DNA of 64,000 nt, taken from the NCBI GenBank assembly GCA_017654855.1, contig CM030332.1:3472001-3536000 (forward strand). The letters run 5' to 3'. Positions 38,914 through 51,768 of the stretch are shown here, in pieces (position 1 is the stretch's first letter; each line of letters starts with the position of its first letter). The notes under the pieces were generated by a model. It was not told the DNA's origin. It worked only from the letters and a program-made list of their open reading frames with translations, and did no database searches. The translations under genes were made by a program, and so were the position numbers. This stretch comes from Podospora anserina. Taxonomy: Eukaryota.

Positions 38914-39924
38914 TTTTTGGTGGTTTTGATGATAGTGACTGTGAATGGATGGATGGGTTTGATGGTTCAAGAGGTATTACGTTTGAAAAGCGAGCAAGAT
39001 TTGGGTGGTGGAGGTCAATAATGTGGCTGCGCAAGTGTAGGTCCGGATAGTTGCGATAGGCAACACTAGGTTGGTGAGGAATGGCAGAACAAAGAGCTGC
39101 TGCGCAAACTGATTTCTGATATTGAGGATGCCGCGACTAGGATCGGGGTTGTGAGGGGTGCATTCCGAAGGTGTTTGTGGGCTTGTGATGATGAAGATGG
39201 AGATAGTTTCGCTCTAATCGTAGTCAAGACACACAAGGCAATTGTGCTGTGCGAAGAGTGATGCATCAGAAACACTTTCCAGGTGACCGCCCGCTGCTGC
39301 AGATGATGGATGGATGTCTTTCGCATCCGGCGGGCGCGGGCAGCTTATCCTTCCAGAAGACCCCACTCTGACGCTCGCGACTCGGCTAGCCCCACCCCGT
39401 CAGAGCCGGAACGCACAGTCAGGTCCCAAGGTGGCCCAAGCGCTCTCAAAAGCTCCCCAGGTCGGCCAATCGATTCTCCAGAGCCAGACTAACCCCACTG
39501 AGATGGATCATTTTCATTGAAATTTCTGCGCTGTGGTGCCCTGATCGTTGCTGGTGCTTTTAAAACTCCAAAAAACTTCAAGAAATTGAAGAAAAAAAGA
39601 AAACCGGCGACCAGAATATCAAGCGATCGCTGGGAAGCCCAACAAACCAAAACAAAAATTTGCCTTGAGCACAGCCTTGTCGTTCACTCTTTCAGGGCTC
39701 CTTTTATATCCAAAGTCTCAACTACGCGTGGCTCGTGGCACTCCTGGGTGGCCCACGAGCAAGTCACAACGGCGTCCCTTATTGGCAGTTCATTCTTCTC
39801 TTCTCCATTACCCCTCCTTCGACCCCTCGCAGCTAGCTCTGCATTTTTCAAAAAGCCAGTGCTTGATTGCACTTTCATCTACCTTTCTACTCGTCAGTAC
39901 AGCAAAAAAAGAGGTCCAGCCAGA

Positions 39925-41471
39925 ATGCCCCCAAAAAAGGCCGTCGAGGAGAAGAAGGTCCTCTTGGGCCGTCCTGGTAACAACCTGAAGAGTGGTATTG
40001 TGGGTTTTTTTTCTTTTTTTCCCTCCTTCCCTCCTTCTCCCCACTCCCTCCCTCCCTAAGCTCATATAGATAGTTCTTGCTAACCTTTTCTCTCCCTTCT
40101 ATCAGGTCGGGTTGGCGAACGTCGGCAAGTCCACGCTCTTCCAGGCCATCACCAAGTGCAACCTGGGTAACCCTGCAGTACGCATCGAACGGATTCGATC
40201 CTGAAGGGACTGGCGATGCTGATACAAGCCGCAGAACTTCCCCTATGCTACCATTGACCCAGAGGAGGCCCGCGTCATCGTCCCTGATGAGCGCTATGAC
40301 TGGCTTTGCGAGAAGTACAAGCCCAAGTCGCGCGTCCCTGCCAACCTCACAGTCTACGACATCGCTGGTTTGACCCGTGGTGCCTCAACAGGAGCCGGTC
40401 TCGGCAACGCCTTCTTGTCGCACATTCGCGCCGTCGATGCCATCTTCCAGGTCGTTCGTTGCTTCGATGATGCCGAGATTATCCACGTCGAGGGTGATGT
40501 CAACCCAACACGTGATCTCGATATCATCAGCGAGGAGCTGAGACTCAAGGACATTGAGTTCGTTGAGAAGGCCCTCGAGAACCAGAAGAAAAAGACCCGC
40601 CAGGGTGGTCAGAGTCTTCAGATGAAGCAGTGGAAGGAGGAGGAGGCCACGATCGAGAAGATCTTGGCCCACCTCAGGGACGGCAAGGAGGTCCGCAAGG
40701 GCACCTGGGGTCCCAAGGAGGTATGTGCTTGCTTTTTGTTTTTGATCCATTCCTTCCCGTGGTTCCATGATGATAAAGGGTCCGTGACCCGAACTTTAAA
40801 CCCAGCTCGTCGAATGTCTTTTTGGCATACTGAGAGTAACTTTAAATCTGAACGATATCACACATTCCAACTTGACACATGATCTTCTTTGGGGAAGTTG
40901 ATGCTAATAGAGTCAACAGATCGAGGTCATCAATCCTCTGTTCCTCCTGACGGCCAAGCCTGTCGTGTACCTTGTCAACCTTTCCGAGAAGGACTACATC
41001 CGCAAGAAGAACAAGTATCTTCCCGGTGTTGCCAAGTGGATCCAGGACAACGCTCCTGGTGATCCCATCATCCCCATCTCCGTCGCTTTCGAGGAGCGCC
41101 TGACCCGCTTCGAGACTGACGAGGAGGTTGCTGAGGAGGAGAAGAAGGTCGGCGCCCAGTCGGCTCTTCCCAAGCTCATTGTCACCATGCGCAAGGCCCT
41201 CGATCTCGGCAGCTTCTTCACTGTCGGCCCCGATGAGGTTCGCCAGTGGACTCTCCGCAACGGCACCAAGGCGCCCCAGGCGGCTGGTGTTATCCACACT
41301 GACTTTGAGAAGACCTTCATCCAGGCCATCGTCTTCAAGTACGCCGACCTCAAGGAGCTCGGTGACGAAGCCGAGGTCAGATCCAAGGGGAAGATCATGA
41401 CCAAGGGCAAGGACTACATCGTCGAGGACGGTGATATCCTGCACTTCAAGGCCGGTGCCGCCAAGAGCTAA
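39925..41471 (+). CDS. OLA1: Obg-like ATPase (YchF)
   Basis: [39 protein letters not shown] domain. Introns at 40000-40105, about 40178-40234, and 40721-40919. Confidence 0.96.
40762..40854 (+). ncRNA. Intronic box C/D snoRNA candidate (snR69-like guide for LSU rRNA)
   Basis: Lies in the unusually long OLA1 intron 3. Box C ATGATGA 40767-40773; guide TAAACCCAGCTC 40797-40808, complementary to conserved LSU GAGCTGGGTTTA; D'-like TCGA 40810-40813; box D CTGA 40848-40851. Confidence 0.8.
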
Positions 41472-42435
41472 GCTCTAAGCTCACATTAAAATTAATGATA
41501 TGAAGTTTATGAGAAATGAGTAAGCAGCCTGTCGTGTAAAATACCTGGGCATTGTGTCACTGAAGCTCAGGCAAGATCCTGAGAGGAGCGAGTCTGAAAA
41601 GGGGCTACATGCGTGAGCTGAGAGCTGCCATTCAGTGTCGGCTGTATCATTTCATTGTGTGGTAAGAATTGGGGGAACACAGCCTTGCTGCCTTGAAAAC
41701 AATTGCGCAGAGCATGGAAGAGCAGAATAAAAAAAACAATAAAAAAGTGTGAAATGATCATCTTGACTTCTTCAGCATGACTGACCGAGTGTTGATATGT
41801 GACCCCCACTTGAGTGTTTGCTTGCCGGGAGATCGCCGGAGTGGCCACAAGGAGCGGGAGCTGTCGCTGCGGTTGGTGCCACCTGCTGCTTGCTGTACGT
41901 AGCGCCAAGCCGTCAGGGATGCCACTGTTCCACCCACCACGGCATCCATCCATCCCATGCTGTTCGTCCAGCATCGCCGGCCCAGATACATAAGTAACCA
42001 AACAGTTCTTGTGGAATGCGCCCGAAGCTGACGACGCCCGTACCCGACATTGCGAATCACTCTGCGAATCCCGATCATTACATCTTTTCTCTGACAACCA
42101 ACCCAAACGACTCCGTTTTCCCCCGCGCTGTACCACTCGAGCTTGGTACCTACACACACTGCCAACGAACCCGTCACCTACCTACCTTTGCCGAGCGAGC
42201 TTCCCTTTTGGCGGGATTGCGTCACGTCTGATCCCACCACCACCACCACCACCACCACCACCACCACCGCGTTTTTCTCGTTGTCTACTACCTACGAGCT
42301 TCCTCGACATAGAATCCAAGCAATAGTTGCATGACTGCTACCCATCGTCGACCGCCCAATGGTGGCTTATAACACAACAGAATTCAACAACACCATACAG
42401 TGAAAAAGGGGAAGGAGAGGGAAAAAGTCGAATGA

Positions 42436-45400
42436 ATGCAACCCCTAAACCCCTTCCTGAGCGCCTTCCTCAAGAGCCCGGTGCTGGCGCAGTGCCTCCC
42501 GCCGCAGCAGCACATTCTCTTGGTGCCCCTGGCGGATGTGCTCCTCAACTCGCGAGACGCAGAAACAGGGGCGCCGCTGACGGCGTCGATCGGGTCGGAG
42601 GAGTTTCTCGGGAGTCATGTGGTGAGGATACCGCTTTTGAAAGGGGGGAAGGATGGACAGGGTCAGGGTCAGCAGCAGAATCTAAGGGAGATGAGAGGGA
42701 AGCCAAAAATGTACGGGACGGTGAATGGGAGGAGTTTGGTGGTCAAGGACGGGGGGGTTTACACCAACAAGGGGTTTAAAGCGCTGGCTCAGGCCAACTT
42801 GCTGCATGAGACGCTTTGGTACCCGGATACGTTGGACCCGAGGCAGTTTTTGATCTATTTTATTAACCGGCCTTTGGTGGGGTCTTGGGAGGAGGTTAGG
42901 ATTGTGCCGGCTGTACCACCACCACCGTCACCGTCGCTGGCGGAGGGGGGATTACGGAAGGTGTTGTTGGGTGAGGGGGGGACGGGGACGACAAGGAAGA
43001 AGGATATCAAGAGTTTTCATGAGCTGCTGGTTAATTTCCCGAGTATTGCTAAGCAGATGCAGGGGGGGCTGGAGAAGCTTTTTAGGGAGTTTACGATTGT
43101 TTTTGAGAGGATATTGCCGCCTCCGCCGCCGCCGTCGGGGAAGACAGTGCCGGAGGGGGAGCCGGGGAAGGGGGTCGGGGTTGCGGGGGGAGAGGGGACG
43201 AATGGGAATGGGGCGCCGGAGAATGTGCTGACGGAGGATGATGAGGAGGTTATGAGGACTTCGTTGGAGACGGCGGTGACGACGGCGATTGATTTGTTTC
43301 AGAATGTGGACAAGCAGCAGTTGTCGCTCTTGGGGGCGACGACGGACTTGACGGGGCCGGTGGTGGAGAGGTTGATCGAGCGGTACATTGCCGAGAATGT
43401 GCACCATTTGCTGTTTCCGAGGATTGCCGGGTTGAGGAGGCAGGATGATTTGGAACTGGAGGCCAAGATAAGGCAGATGAACAATATTGACATCTCGCAG
43501 TTGGGGATTGCGATTGATGGGGGGATGAAGGCCAAGAGGGAGGTGGTGAGCCGGTTGGGGAATGCGGTCGAGGAGTTTAGGAAGATGCCGAATGCGAGTT
43601 GTCCGCAGGAGATGATGGAGATTTTGCTGGCGACGACGAAGGCGGCGACGCAGTTTAGCGAGGGGACGGCGACACAGGGACAGCCGAGGTCGGCGACGGA
43701 GAAGCCGGCTATGACGATAAATGCGGATACGCTGGTGTCGCTGTTGCTGTATGTGGTGATCAAGGCGCAGATCAAGCACCTCCAGGCGAGGTTGGCGTAT
43801 ATAAGACATTTCGTCTTTATCGATGATGTGGAGAGTGGTGAGATGGGGTATGCGCTTAGCACCTTCGAGGCTGTGTTATCGTATCTCGACCGGGAGTCTG
43901 GAGGGCTGAGGAGGGCCAGTCGTAGGAATAAGGCTTTGTGGGATGCTGTTTCGAAGGGGGATATGCCGGAGCTGAGGAAGATCTTGGAACCAACAGAGGA
44001 TGCGATCGAAGATGAGGACGATTACGGGTCTTCACGCTGGCGGAGGCGATCGTCAACTGGTTGGAGCTTCACGAATGGAGCTTCGTCAACAACTCTAGCA
44101 GCATCAGAGAGGTTCTCGGTCGGATCTGGGCTCGGTCATGTGTTTCCATTTCAAAATGGATCAGCCGAAACTCTGGAACAACCACCACCAAAACGCATCA
44201 AGAAGGTGTCGATGGACACCAGGAGTATGTCCAGCGGCTCCGAAATTTCGTTTCGGTCGTTGCCCATGAGCATCGGGACGTTCACAAGTGGGATCGAAGG
44301 CGACACTTCTATTGAGCGCCTGGTTCAAACACAGGACGCCAAAGGGGAGTCGGTTTTGATGATGGCGATTCAACATGGGCAACCACAGGTGTTGAAATAC
44401 TTGTTGTCTTTTCGGCAATACTACACGGCACCGGTCATTCTGGAGGACCAGGACAACGAAGAAACAACGTTGTTCAGCGCGGCCGTGCAGCTGGGCAATG
44501 CCGAAGTCATCAACGGACTTCTTGATTACATTCTCGACTCTACGGGAGACGACAACAAGATCAGGGAGTATCTCGCTCGTCAGGACACCTGGGGGCGGAG
44601 CGCAGCGCATTATCTGTTCCACGCACCCTTTCTAATCGGTAGAATCGGCCGGTTACTCCCCTGGAGACAAAAGGACAAGAACGGGCAAACCCCATTGTTT
44701 GCTTTGTGTCGATCCTACGATAACCCAAATTACTACACCATGGTGGAGGAAGGGCTGGAGATTGCGACCAAGTGTCAGGGAGATGGCCAGCCTCTACACA
44801 TTGACGACCATGTTGATCAGAAGGGGAACACCCTTCTTCATATTGTCAACGAACCAAAACTGGCACTCAAGATCCTGCAGCATTGCGATTTGGATGTCAA
44901 CGCTACAAACGAAAAGAGGTTCACAGCGCTGATGTTGGCGAGTAAATACGGCCGGTTTGATATGGTCAGGACGCTGTTTGGCGACCCAAGAGTCGACACT
45001 GCTGCAAGAGAACTTCGAGGTCTGACGGCGGTGGAGTTGGCCAAGGACGATGACTTGCGCAATAAGATTGATGATCTTGTGCTGTTTTCCCTCTCCCACG
45101 GCAGCTCCGACTCCCGCACTACGGGAGTGGTCAGGTCATTCTTTGTCGAAGACGGCACCATCCGCTTCGTGCTCAAGTCGGGGGCCCCAGTTGACGAGCA
45201 TAGCTATGCCGTGACGACCTGTCGGAGGTCCCTGGCTGACTTTGAGCATCTCGCCAAGTTGCTGCAGATGGAAAACCCAGCGTCGTGGATCCCTTCGCTG
45301 GCGGACCTGAGATCGCCGACGCAGATCCCTTCACGGCCGAGTAGGGCGGTGCTGAAGGATTTACAAATCAGGATGGACTGGTTTTTGAAGGTGTTGCTTG

Positions 45401-46339
45401 CCCACCCGACGTTTTCGACGCACGAGATGCTGTGGGAGTTTTTCCTCGTGCCGGATCTGCAGCTGGATCAGATGGCGGAGAGGAGCAAGCTCAAGGCGGA
45501 TGCGCTGTTGGAAAAGGTGCATGAGGAGCTGGAACCGGTGCAGGATCTGAGGGAGGTGGAGCAGTTTGTTGATCACGCGAGGGATATCGTGAGGAGCGTG
45601 CACTTTTCGACGAGGAGCGTGGCGAGGAGGGCGAACAATACTGGGAATGTGGTCAATGGTTTGTTTTTTCCGCCTCCATCACTGTCAGCGGTAACTAATA
45701 GTGTGTAAAGATCTCTACGAGTCCTCCACCCTCCTCTCCAAAGCGCTCGCCACCCTCCCCTTTCTCCCGCAGAATTACATCTCTGGCTTCGAAACCTACG
45801 TTCGCTCCTTGGCGCCTTCGCAGTCGTCGCCTATTTCGCAGTTTTTTTCGGCGTTTCTGGCGCTGTACAGCAATATCGAAGCTATACTCAAAGCGCTGGG
45901 GAGACCACCGCAGACGATAGCAAAGATTATTGCTATTCGGAAGGAGGTAGAAAGGAACTATAACACGCTTAACAGGTCAAGTAGATGGCCTTTGGGACTG
46001 CTGGATGAGACGAGGCAGAGGATGAATGAGGATAAGGAGGAGAAGGCGAGGAAGATGGAGCAGGAGGCGGAGATGCTTGGCAGGGAGCTGAGGTATATGC
46101 AGCAGACGGTGGCGGGGGAGTTGGCGGGGTGGAGGGAGATGCATGAGAGGTTGGGGAGGAGGGCGATTAGGGATTTGGCGAGGGGGATGGTGGTGCAGGA
46201 GAGAGGGAGGTTGGAGGGGGTTAGGAGGGCGTTGAGACGGGTTAAGGAGGGGGGGGAGGGGGTGGTTAGGCCGAGGATGAGGGTTGGGTTGGTTGACGGG
46301 TTGTTGGATGAGGGGGAGGGGAGTGGGAGCGGGGGTTAG
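42436..46339 (+). CDS. VPS9 domain + ankyrin repeats + PX/BAR-like protein (Vrl1/VARP-like endosomal Rab GEF)
   Basis: VPS9 motifs INADTLVSLLLYVVI and GEMGYALSTFEA; ANK repeats (GQTPLF, GNTLLH, FTALMLA); PX (CRRSLADFEHL..WIP..HPTFSTHEMLWEF); intron 45659-45710. Confidence 0.88.
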
Positions 46340-47192
46340 CGATGGAGGGGGGAGAGCCTACCTAGCGAGTGGCTTTTGTGTAATTTTGTGTTTTTGGTGA
46401 TGGGGTTAGGATAACAAGATGGGGATTAAACGGATGGGGGATACCCGACGACTTTTCTGTTTTTTTGGCTATGAGTAAGGTTTTGTAGGGAAGAGGCAAT
46501 GGGAGAAGAGGGGTTGTATTGATAGATGTGTAGGGTTATTCAGCACATATTAATTTTGAGAGAGGTATGGCCAATGCAAGCCTTCCCTGAGCTTTGCACA
46601 TCATCAACCACATTAACGATTATATCCTCAAGCAGCACGACAACCGCAACCAGCCAACTCCCAAACAAAAAACCCCCCCAAGACGTATCCAAACCTACAC
46701 CACCATCACCCTTACTCTTCTGCTTTTTTCCCGCCACCGTCGTCGTTACTACCCATCTCGATGCAGTTGATATTTCGCTCGGGATGTTCACGATCATGCA
46801 ACACATAAGCGGGATACCTAACCCAAGGGGTTATGCGCCGTGACCCTGGACACATTGTCCGCCGTCAAGTCACCCCGCCAGCGTCGGGACATCGTTGGCA
46901 AGAAAGAGTGATGTTGCCTGCCCCCCAATGTGGACTTCTCCACGGCTGCTGTTGGGAAATCGACGAATCCCCCACGAGCGAAGGTATTTCCACCTTTTAC
47001 CCTCGTGCTCTGCCGCCGCGGCGTGGATCTCGGATGGTTGGTATGGTTCGGCCGTCATCGTGAAGACATACCTTTTGGTCTTTCTTTGGAGAGCAAACTG
47101 TCGGATGGATATGAGAGGGGAAAGAATAGTGAGGTGCCTTGGATTAGTACCTAAGTTCATGCGAGAGCTCCAGCTTGAAAGCAAAAGATAGG

Positions 47193-47549
47193 AAGAGAAC
47201 CTTTACAGAGCCCCCTGCTTATTTACCCGATGCCCCCCCCAAAAGCCAAAGTCTAAAAGAGGTGGCTCTCCCGAGTATCTCTTTTGATTATCAAGCGTGG
47301 CAGGACAGTTAATAGGCTTTAAAAAATAATTTAAGAGCCTCAAAAAATAGTTAAAAGACTTTACAAGATAGTTAAAAGACTTTACAAGATAGTTGAAAGG
47401 CCTTGAAAACAATTCAAAGGCCTCTAAAGATAGTTTAAAGGCTTGTTGATTTTCTCTCAAGGCCTTTTATTGCATTGTATGAAGGGCGAGTAAATAGGTG
47501 GAGAGGGAGCGCTGGTGAGATAAATAGGGGGCTCCGTAAGAGTTCTCTC
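47193..47549. mobile_element. Non-autonomous TIR element (Mutator-like MITE) with internal 21-bp tandem repeats
   Basis: About 30-bp imperfect TIRs (AAGAGAACCTTTACAGAGCCCCCTGCTTATT vs reverse complement GAGAGAACTCTTACGGAGCCCCCTATTTATC) that differ only by transitions. Flanking 9-mers AAAGATAGG and AAAGTTAAG match 7/9. Internal repeat atagttaaaagactttacaag. Confidence 0.7.
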
Positions 47550-48134
47550 AAAGTTAAGCCCATTTCAGTTTCGGAAGACGTAAGAACAAAGTTTTTGCAC
47601 CAATGGCTAGCTATACACAACAGCTATGGACAGTTGTCATGGGTTATGGACAGTCGCCGGACAACCTGTGATGATCTTGGATGTGATCGCCAAAGATCAG
47701 AACGGCTTCATTGTAACCAGGCTTGGGATGCCCATGCAACAACACAAGACTTTATATTTGCCAATATGGGCACCTGACTGTTCGAAAAGACAAAGTTTCA
47801 ACAATTTGTGCACGTGCAGGTAAACCGCATTATATATCAAGAGAGACATGTTGGCCCACCGACAAAGATTGGTTTCATGTATTTTATTTGTCACCCACGA
47901 CACGACGTTTAAAGAAACAAAACACATTCTGGCAAACTCAACATATCTTACTCACCTGGAAGCTCATCCATCTTCTTAGAAATCACAGCCCTAAGCCAAA
48001 TCCTCAAGTATGCCACAAGAGATCATCCCTGTGGTCCAGCATTACCCTGTGAAGTCGAGTGACCTTGAGGCGGTTGGGCCTCCGCAGCCAGCTCCGTAGT
48101 GCTGGGGCGGTGCCACCATGGGATAGCCCAGTTG

Positions 48135-49750
48135 TTAATTCTGTTGTTGTAGAGGACCTGGCGCAGCTCCGGTCATCACGGGGAAAGCTGCTGCATGGGG
48201 TTGTTGAGGTTGAGGGTTGTAAAACCCTCCCCCTTGCTGGCCAAAGTGTTGGAAACCGGCGTGCATGAAAGGCGCCGCCGACCCAGCCGGTGTGTTCACG
48301 TTGGGTGCCGTTCCCATCTGCCCAAACATGACATGCCCAGGCCCTTCTGCCGGCCTGCGGTTGTCTGAGTGGTTATGCTGTGATTGCAGGTGTATCGTCT
48401 CATCGGTGCGATATTCGTCGATACGGTAGCCCCATCTCTCGGCCTTTGCCGAGTCGGTCTCTGACTGGATGCTCCAGAGGTAGTGGTTGAACTCGTGGGA
48501 CACCTCGGACACCCGCTCAAAATGCTCCCTCTCGAGTTTGATCCTGCCGCCACTGGAACGGTATCCCGCCAGCGCAACAGCGCTTTGGAACGCATTGCGG
48601 ATTCGGCGACCGTTCCAAACCGGGCCGATTTTGGAGTCCTTCGCGTTCCGCTTGTCGAAATAGCTAAGAATATGTCAGCCTCGTCAAGAAGCAGAACACA
48701 GTTCCATAGCTGGGCCAGCTGTTCTAGTCTCTTCTCAGCTTCACGTGGGAGAAGTACCGAGATCGCCTATACATTTGTTAGCTCTCTGCTGGCTCTGCTC
48801 TATGAAACATGTACAACCGATACTGACCCCAGGTAATGGGGAGCAAAGGGCGATTGTCTGCTTCTGCAGCGCATTCTGATTCATGTTGGCAATCCCCAAA
48901 TCGGGATGGTAGTCAAAACTTTCAACAACGGATCTCTTGGCTCTGACATCGATGAAGAACGCAGCAAAATGCGATAAGTAATGTGAATTGCAGAATTCAG
49001 TGAATGGTTAGATAGTAGATGTAAAGAGGGTTGCTACCTACGGGCTGTTGATGCTTTTCCACCACCAGGCACCCCGTGTAGGAGAATGGTGACCCCCTCT
49101 CCTACGACCTCTTGATTACTTTTCATACCACAAGCAAAATTGGCGAGGCGTGACACTTACCCTTGTCCCTTACAAGATCAAAATGCAGGCTGCGTGGTCC
49201 CTCGTGATCGGAATGCGACTCAATCAGAGACTGCACCAAACGTTTATGCCCATCGGGAAGCTGTAAATCGTCCCATGGCTCCGACCGCCTCCGCGTTTTG
49301 TTCATCATCTCCTCTCCGGCGTTGTCTTTGCCAATTTTGAGGCAGGCTACATGGCAAATGGTTCGTCAGTGGTAGTTCAGGGTAGGTACTGTATGTAAGC
49401 ACACTGAAAGGAAAAGGAAAACGTGCCCCATTTTCTCGTACCGAAGACAAATGCAAACACTCTAGCTGGCAGAATCAGAAGATCATCCCCTTCGGTTGGA
49501 TGGGAACGCTCCTTATCCCATCTTTGGCACTTGGCCCATTCTTCCTGGATCACCTGGTATCTCCTGCAGTGCCCGCTCAAAGTCGACCATAACCTCGCTA
49601 CCAATCCACTCAGCATAACGCATAGCGTTCTCAGGCACGTCGGCATCCTTTTCATGGATCTTGCCCCCGTTGGGTCTCAACATCTGATTGCGACCCCGGT
49701 GTTGCCATGTGGCTTGGCCGGGTACAATTGACAAAGATCTGCCCCCGCTC
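48135..49750 (-). pseudogene. Decayed fungal AAA+ ATPase gene
   Basis: VMVDFERAL, LILPARVFAF, WDDLQLPDGHK, DLVRDKG, Walker A ILLHGVPGGGK, Walker B VLLLDEADIFL. This is joined out of frame almost directly to WNGRRIRNAFQSAVALA, so there is an internal deletion plus frameshifts. Confidence 0.8.
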
Positions 49751-50169
49751 CACCAGACTTGATCGGTCGGTTATGTGATCCTTCTCGGCAGAGATTTATT
49801 TGCCAAAAGTGCAGGGCTCTAGCATCTCCTTGGACTTCAAGGCTTCAGCTTTACGTCGCCAAATTCAAAGAGGGCATGGAGGACTTTCCTAAGACGTTAC
49901 GCCGATCAGAGTGCTATCGAGGCGTTCGAAACCACGTCCTGGGACGGTCTCGACAGCGAGGTCGCAAAGGCAATGAGGGCATTTCAAGCCCACCAGGACC
50001 GAAGGCGCAGTTGGCGAAACCCTTTTGAAGGCTGCCGATAAACCCGGTGGTATTGCCTCCCGCCGTATCGAATTCCTTGTCGGACTAGGGCCGAACGACA
50101 ACTGTATTGGTGGGTGTTCTCGCGGGTGGCCTAAGACTGCTTTGTAATGTAAGGAATTATCTGTTCCTT

Positions 50170-51340
50170 GATGTCCAGAGTTCCTGCTTACGGCCAATGG
50201 CTGGACAGCGACTCGCAAGAAGGCGATCCGCATAAAGATATTGGAAATGCTAGACAGCTTGGGCAACACTGTCTCACATAGCAAGGCACAGATCAGACTG
50301 TATCGTGGCGATCCAGATCCAAGACACACGGCAGAGGATCTTCACATGGCCGTTCTGGAATTTATTCACCATGCCGTTTCCTACTTCGATCAGTCAAGTG
50401 CTTGTAAGTCTCTCCTTCTTCACTACAACCCCACAGGACCTAAAGCCAAGACCAAAAAACTGACACCCCAGTAGTTGAATCTCTCAAGGCCTTCTTTCAG
50501 CAGAGTGAATACGAATCGAAGCACAATGATGCCCTCGACAGGGTTAAGAAGGCTTCGGGAGCATTCGAGAGCAGTATATCAATCTGTTCCCAAACCCGCG
50601 TGGAGAAAATCTACAAAAACAGCGAAACTCAAAATTGGCCAACGATTTCTTTATACTTTACCCTTGCAGGTGTTGCCAAGGATTTTACTGGTGAGTTTAC
50701 CTTGACGTTGCAAGCATGACATGGATAGCGTACGGCTGACCTCGTCCTCCCTAAAGCCCACAGGTCAGAATCAGATCGGTATTCTCATGATCGAAGATGC
50801 ATTCGTGACCTTGCTCAAGTCTTTCGAGTCGCAAGTTCTCATTCTCCACGACGAGCTGGCATTTGAGTGCAACTCTTCGCTCTCTACTCTCAGCTACCTC
50901 TGCGCCTTGATCACCGAGATGATGTCCTCGCCCGGTGTGTTCCCGCTCAGCTTTTTCTGCGGTCTTCACTGCCGAGAGGTCGATGCTCTTCAAGCTGGCT
51001 ATGGCATCATGCGCAGTCTAGCGCTGGATCTTCTGCGACTGTTCGGAAATGCCAACATTGCCACGACTGGTGACCCGAATATGACTGCCCAAGGGCTCAT
51101 GATGAACCATCTTCCTACGATCTTTTCTATTTTCAGCAGGCTCCTCCTACAGAATATACCCGCTGGAGCTGTCTATATCATGGTGGATGGCGCATGATGG
51201 CTGGTTTTTGAATACCTGAAAGAAGAGATAATCACATTGTCTTACACCTTCCCAATATCACAGGGACCTCGGTGACCACCTGTTCAATAACATTCAAAAC
51301 AACAAAGTTGGAAAGCATCCACAAGGTAGCATTGATGACA
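50170..51340 (+). pseudogene. Decayed NACHT/STAND-like gene fragment
   Basis: Helical N-terminal part (ILEMLDSL..AEDLHMAVL..KAFFQQ) then NACHT-like LSYLCALI, LSFFCGLH, IMRSLALDLL, VYIMVDGA ending in an in-frame TGA; frames are broken. Confidence 0.6.
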
Positions 51341-51768
51341 ACCCACAGATGCGTGGAGATAAAAAGAGAGGACCGACCGAACGTTCCAAAACCCAACAAA
51401 ATGGAAGCCAAGGTAAAAAGCTTATCCGTACAGCGACAGGGGTGATACCCTTGCCATATCCCAATTTGGAAACCCAGGCGTTCAAGCGAGGAGCTGACAG
51501 GCGATCCATCGTTGGCCGAAGCTAAAAGCGCCATTGAAGAGAACTCCATCAGAATATTGATCTAGACCACCCCAGAACCAGGTTGTCGGGGTCATCGCGC
51601 ATATGCAAAGGATTTGAAGTAAGATTGCGCTCAAGGGATCGGTGGCAATGGAAGCCTTAAAACATTGTGTCTCTTTGCTGTTCTTTTGTTCTTCTGCTTG
51701 ATCTTCAGCTTTTCTCGAAGCCGTCCATTCGTTCTTTTGATCATATCATTCCAAGCCACTCCTTCAAC

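Noticed and set aside
47300..47450. CRISPR-like array
   Set aside because: Eukaryotic DNA; the units are contiguous 21-bp tandem repeats without unique spacers, and there are no cas genes.
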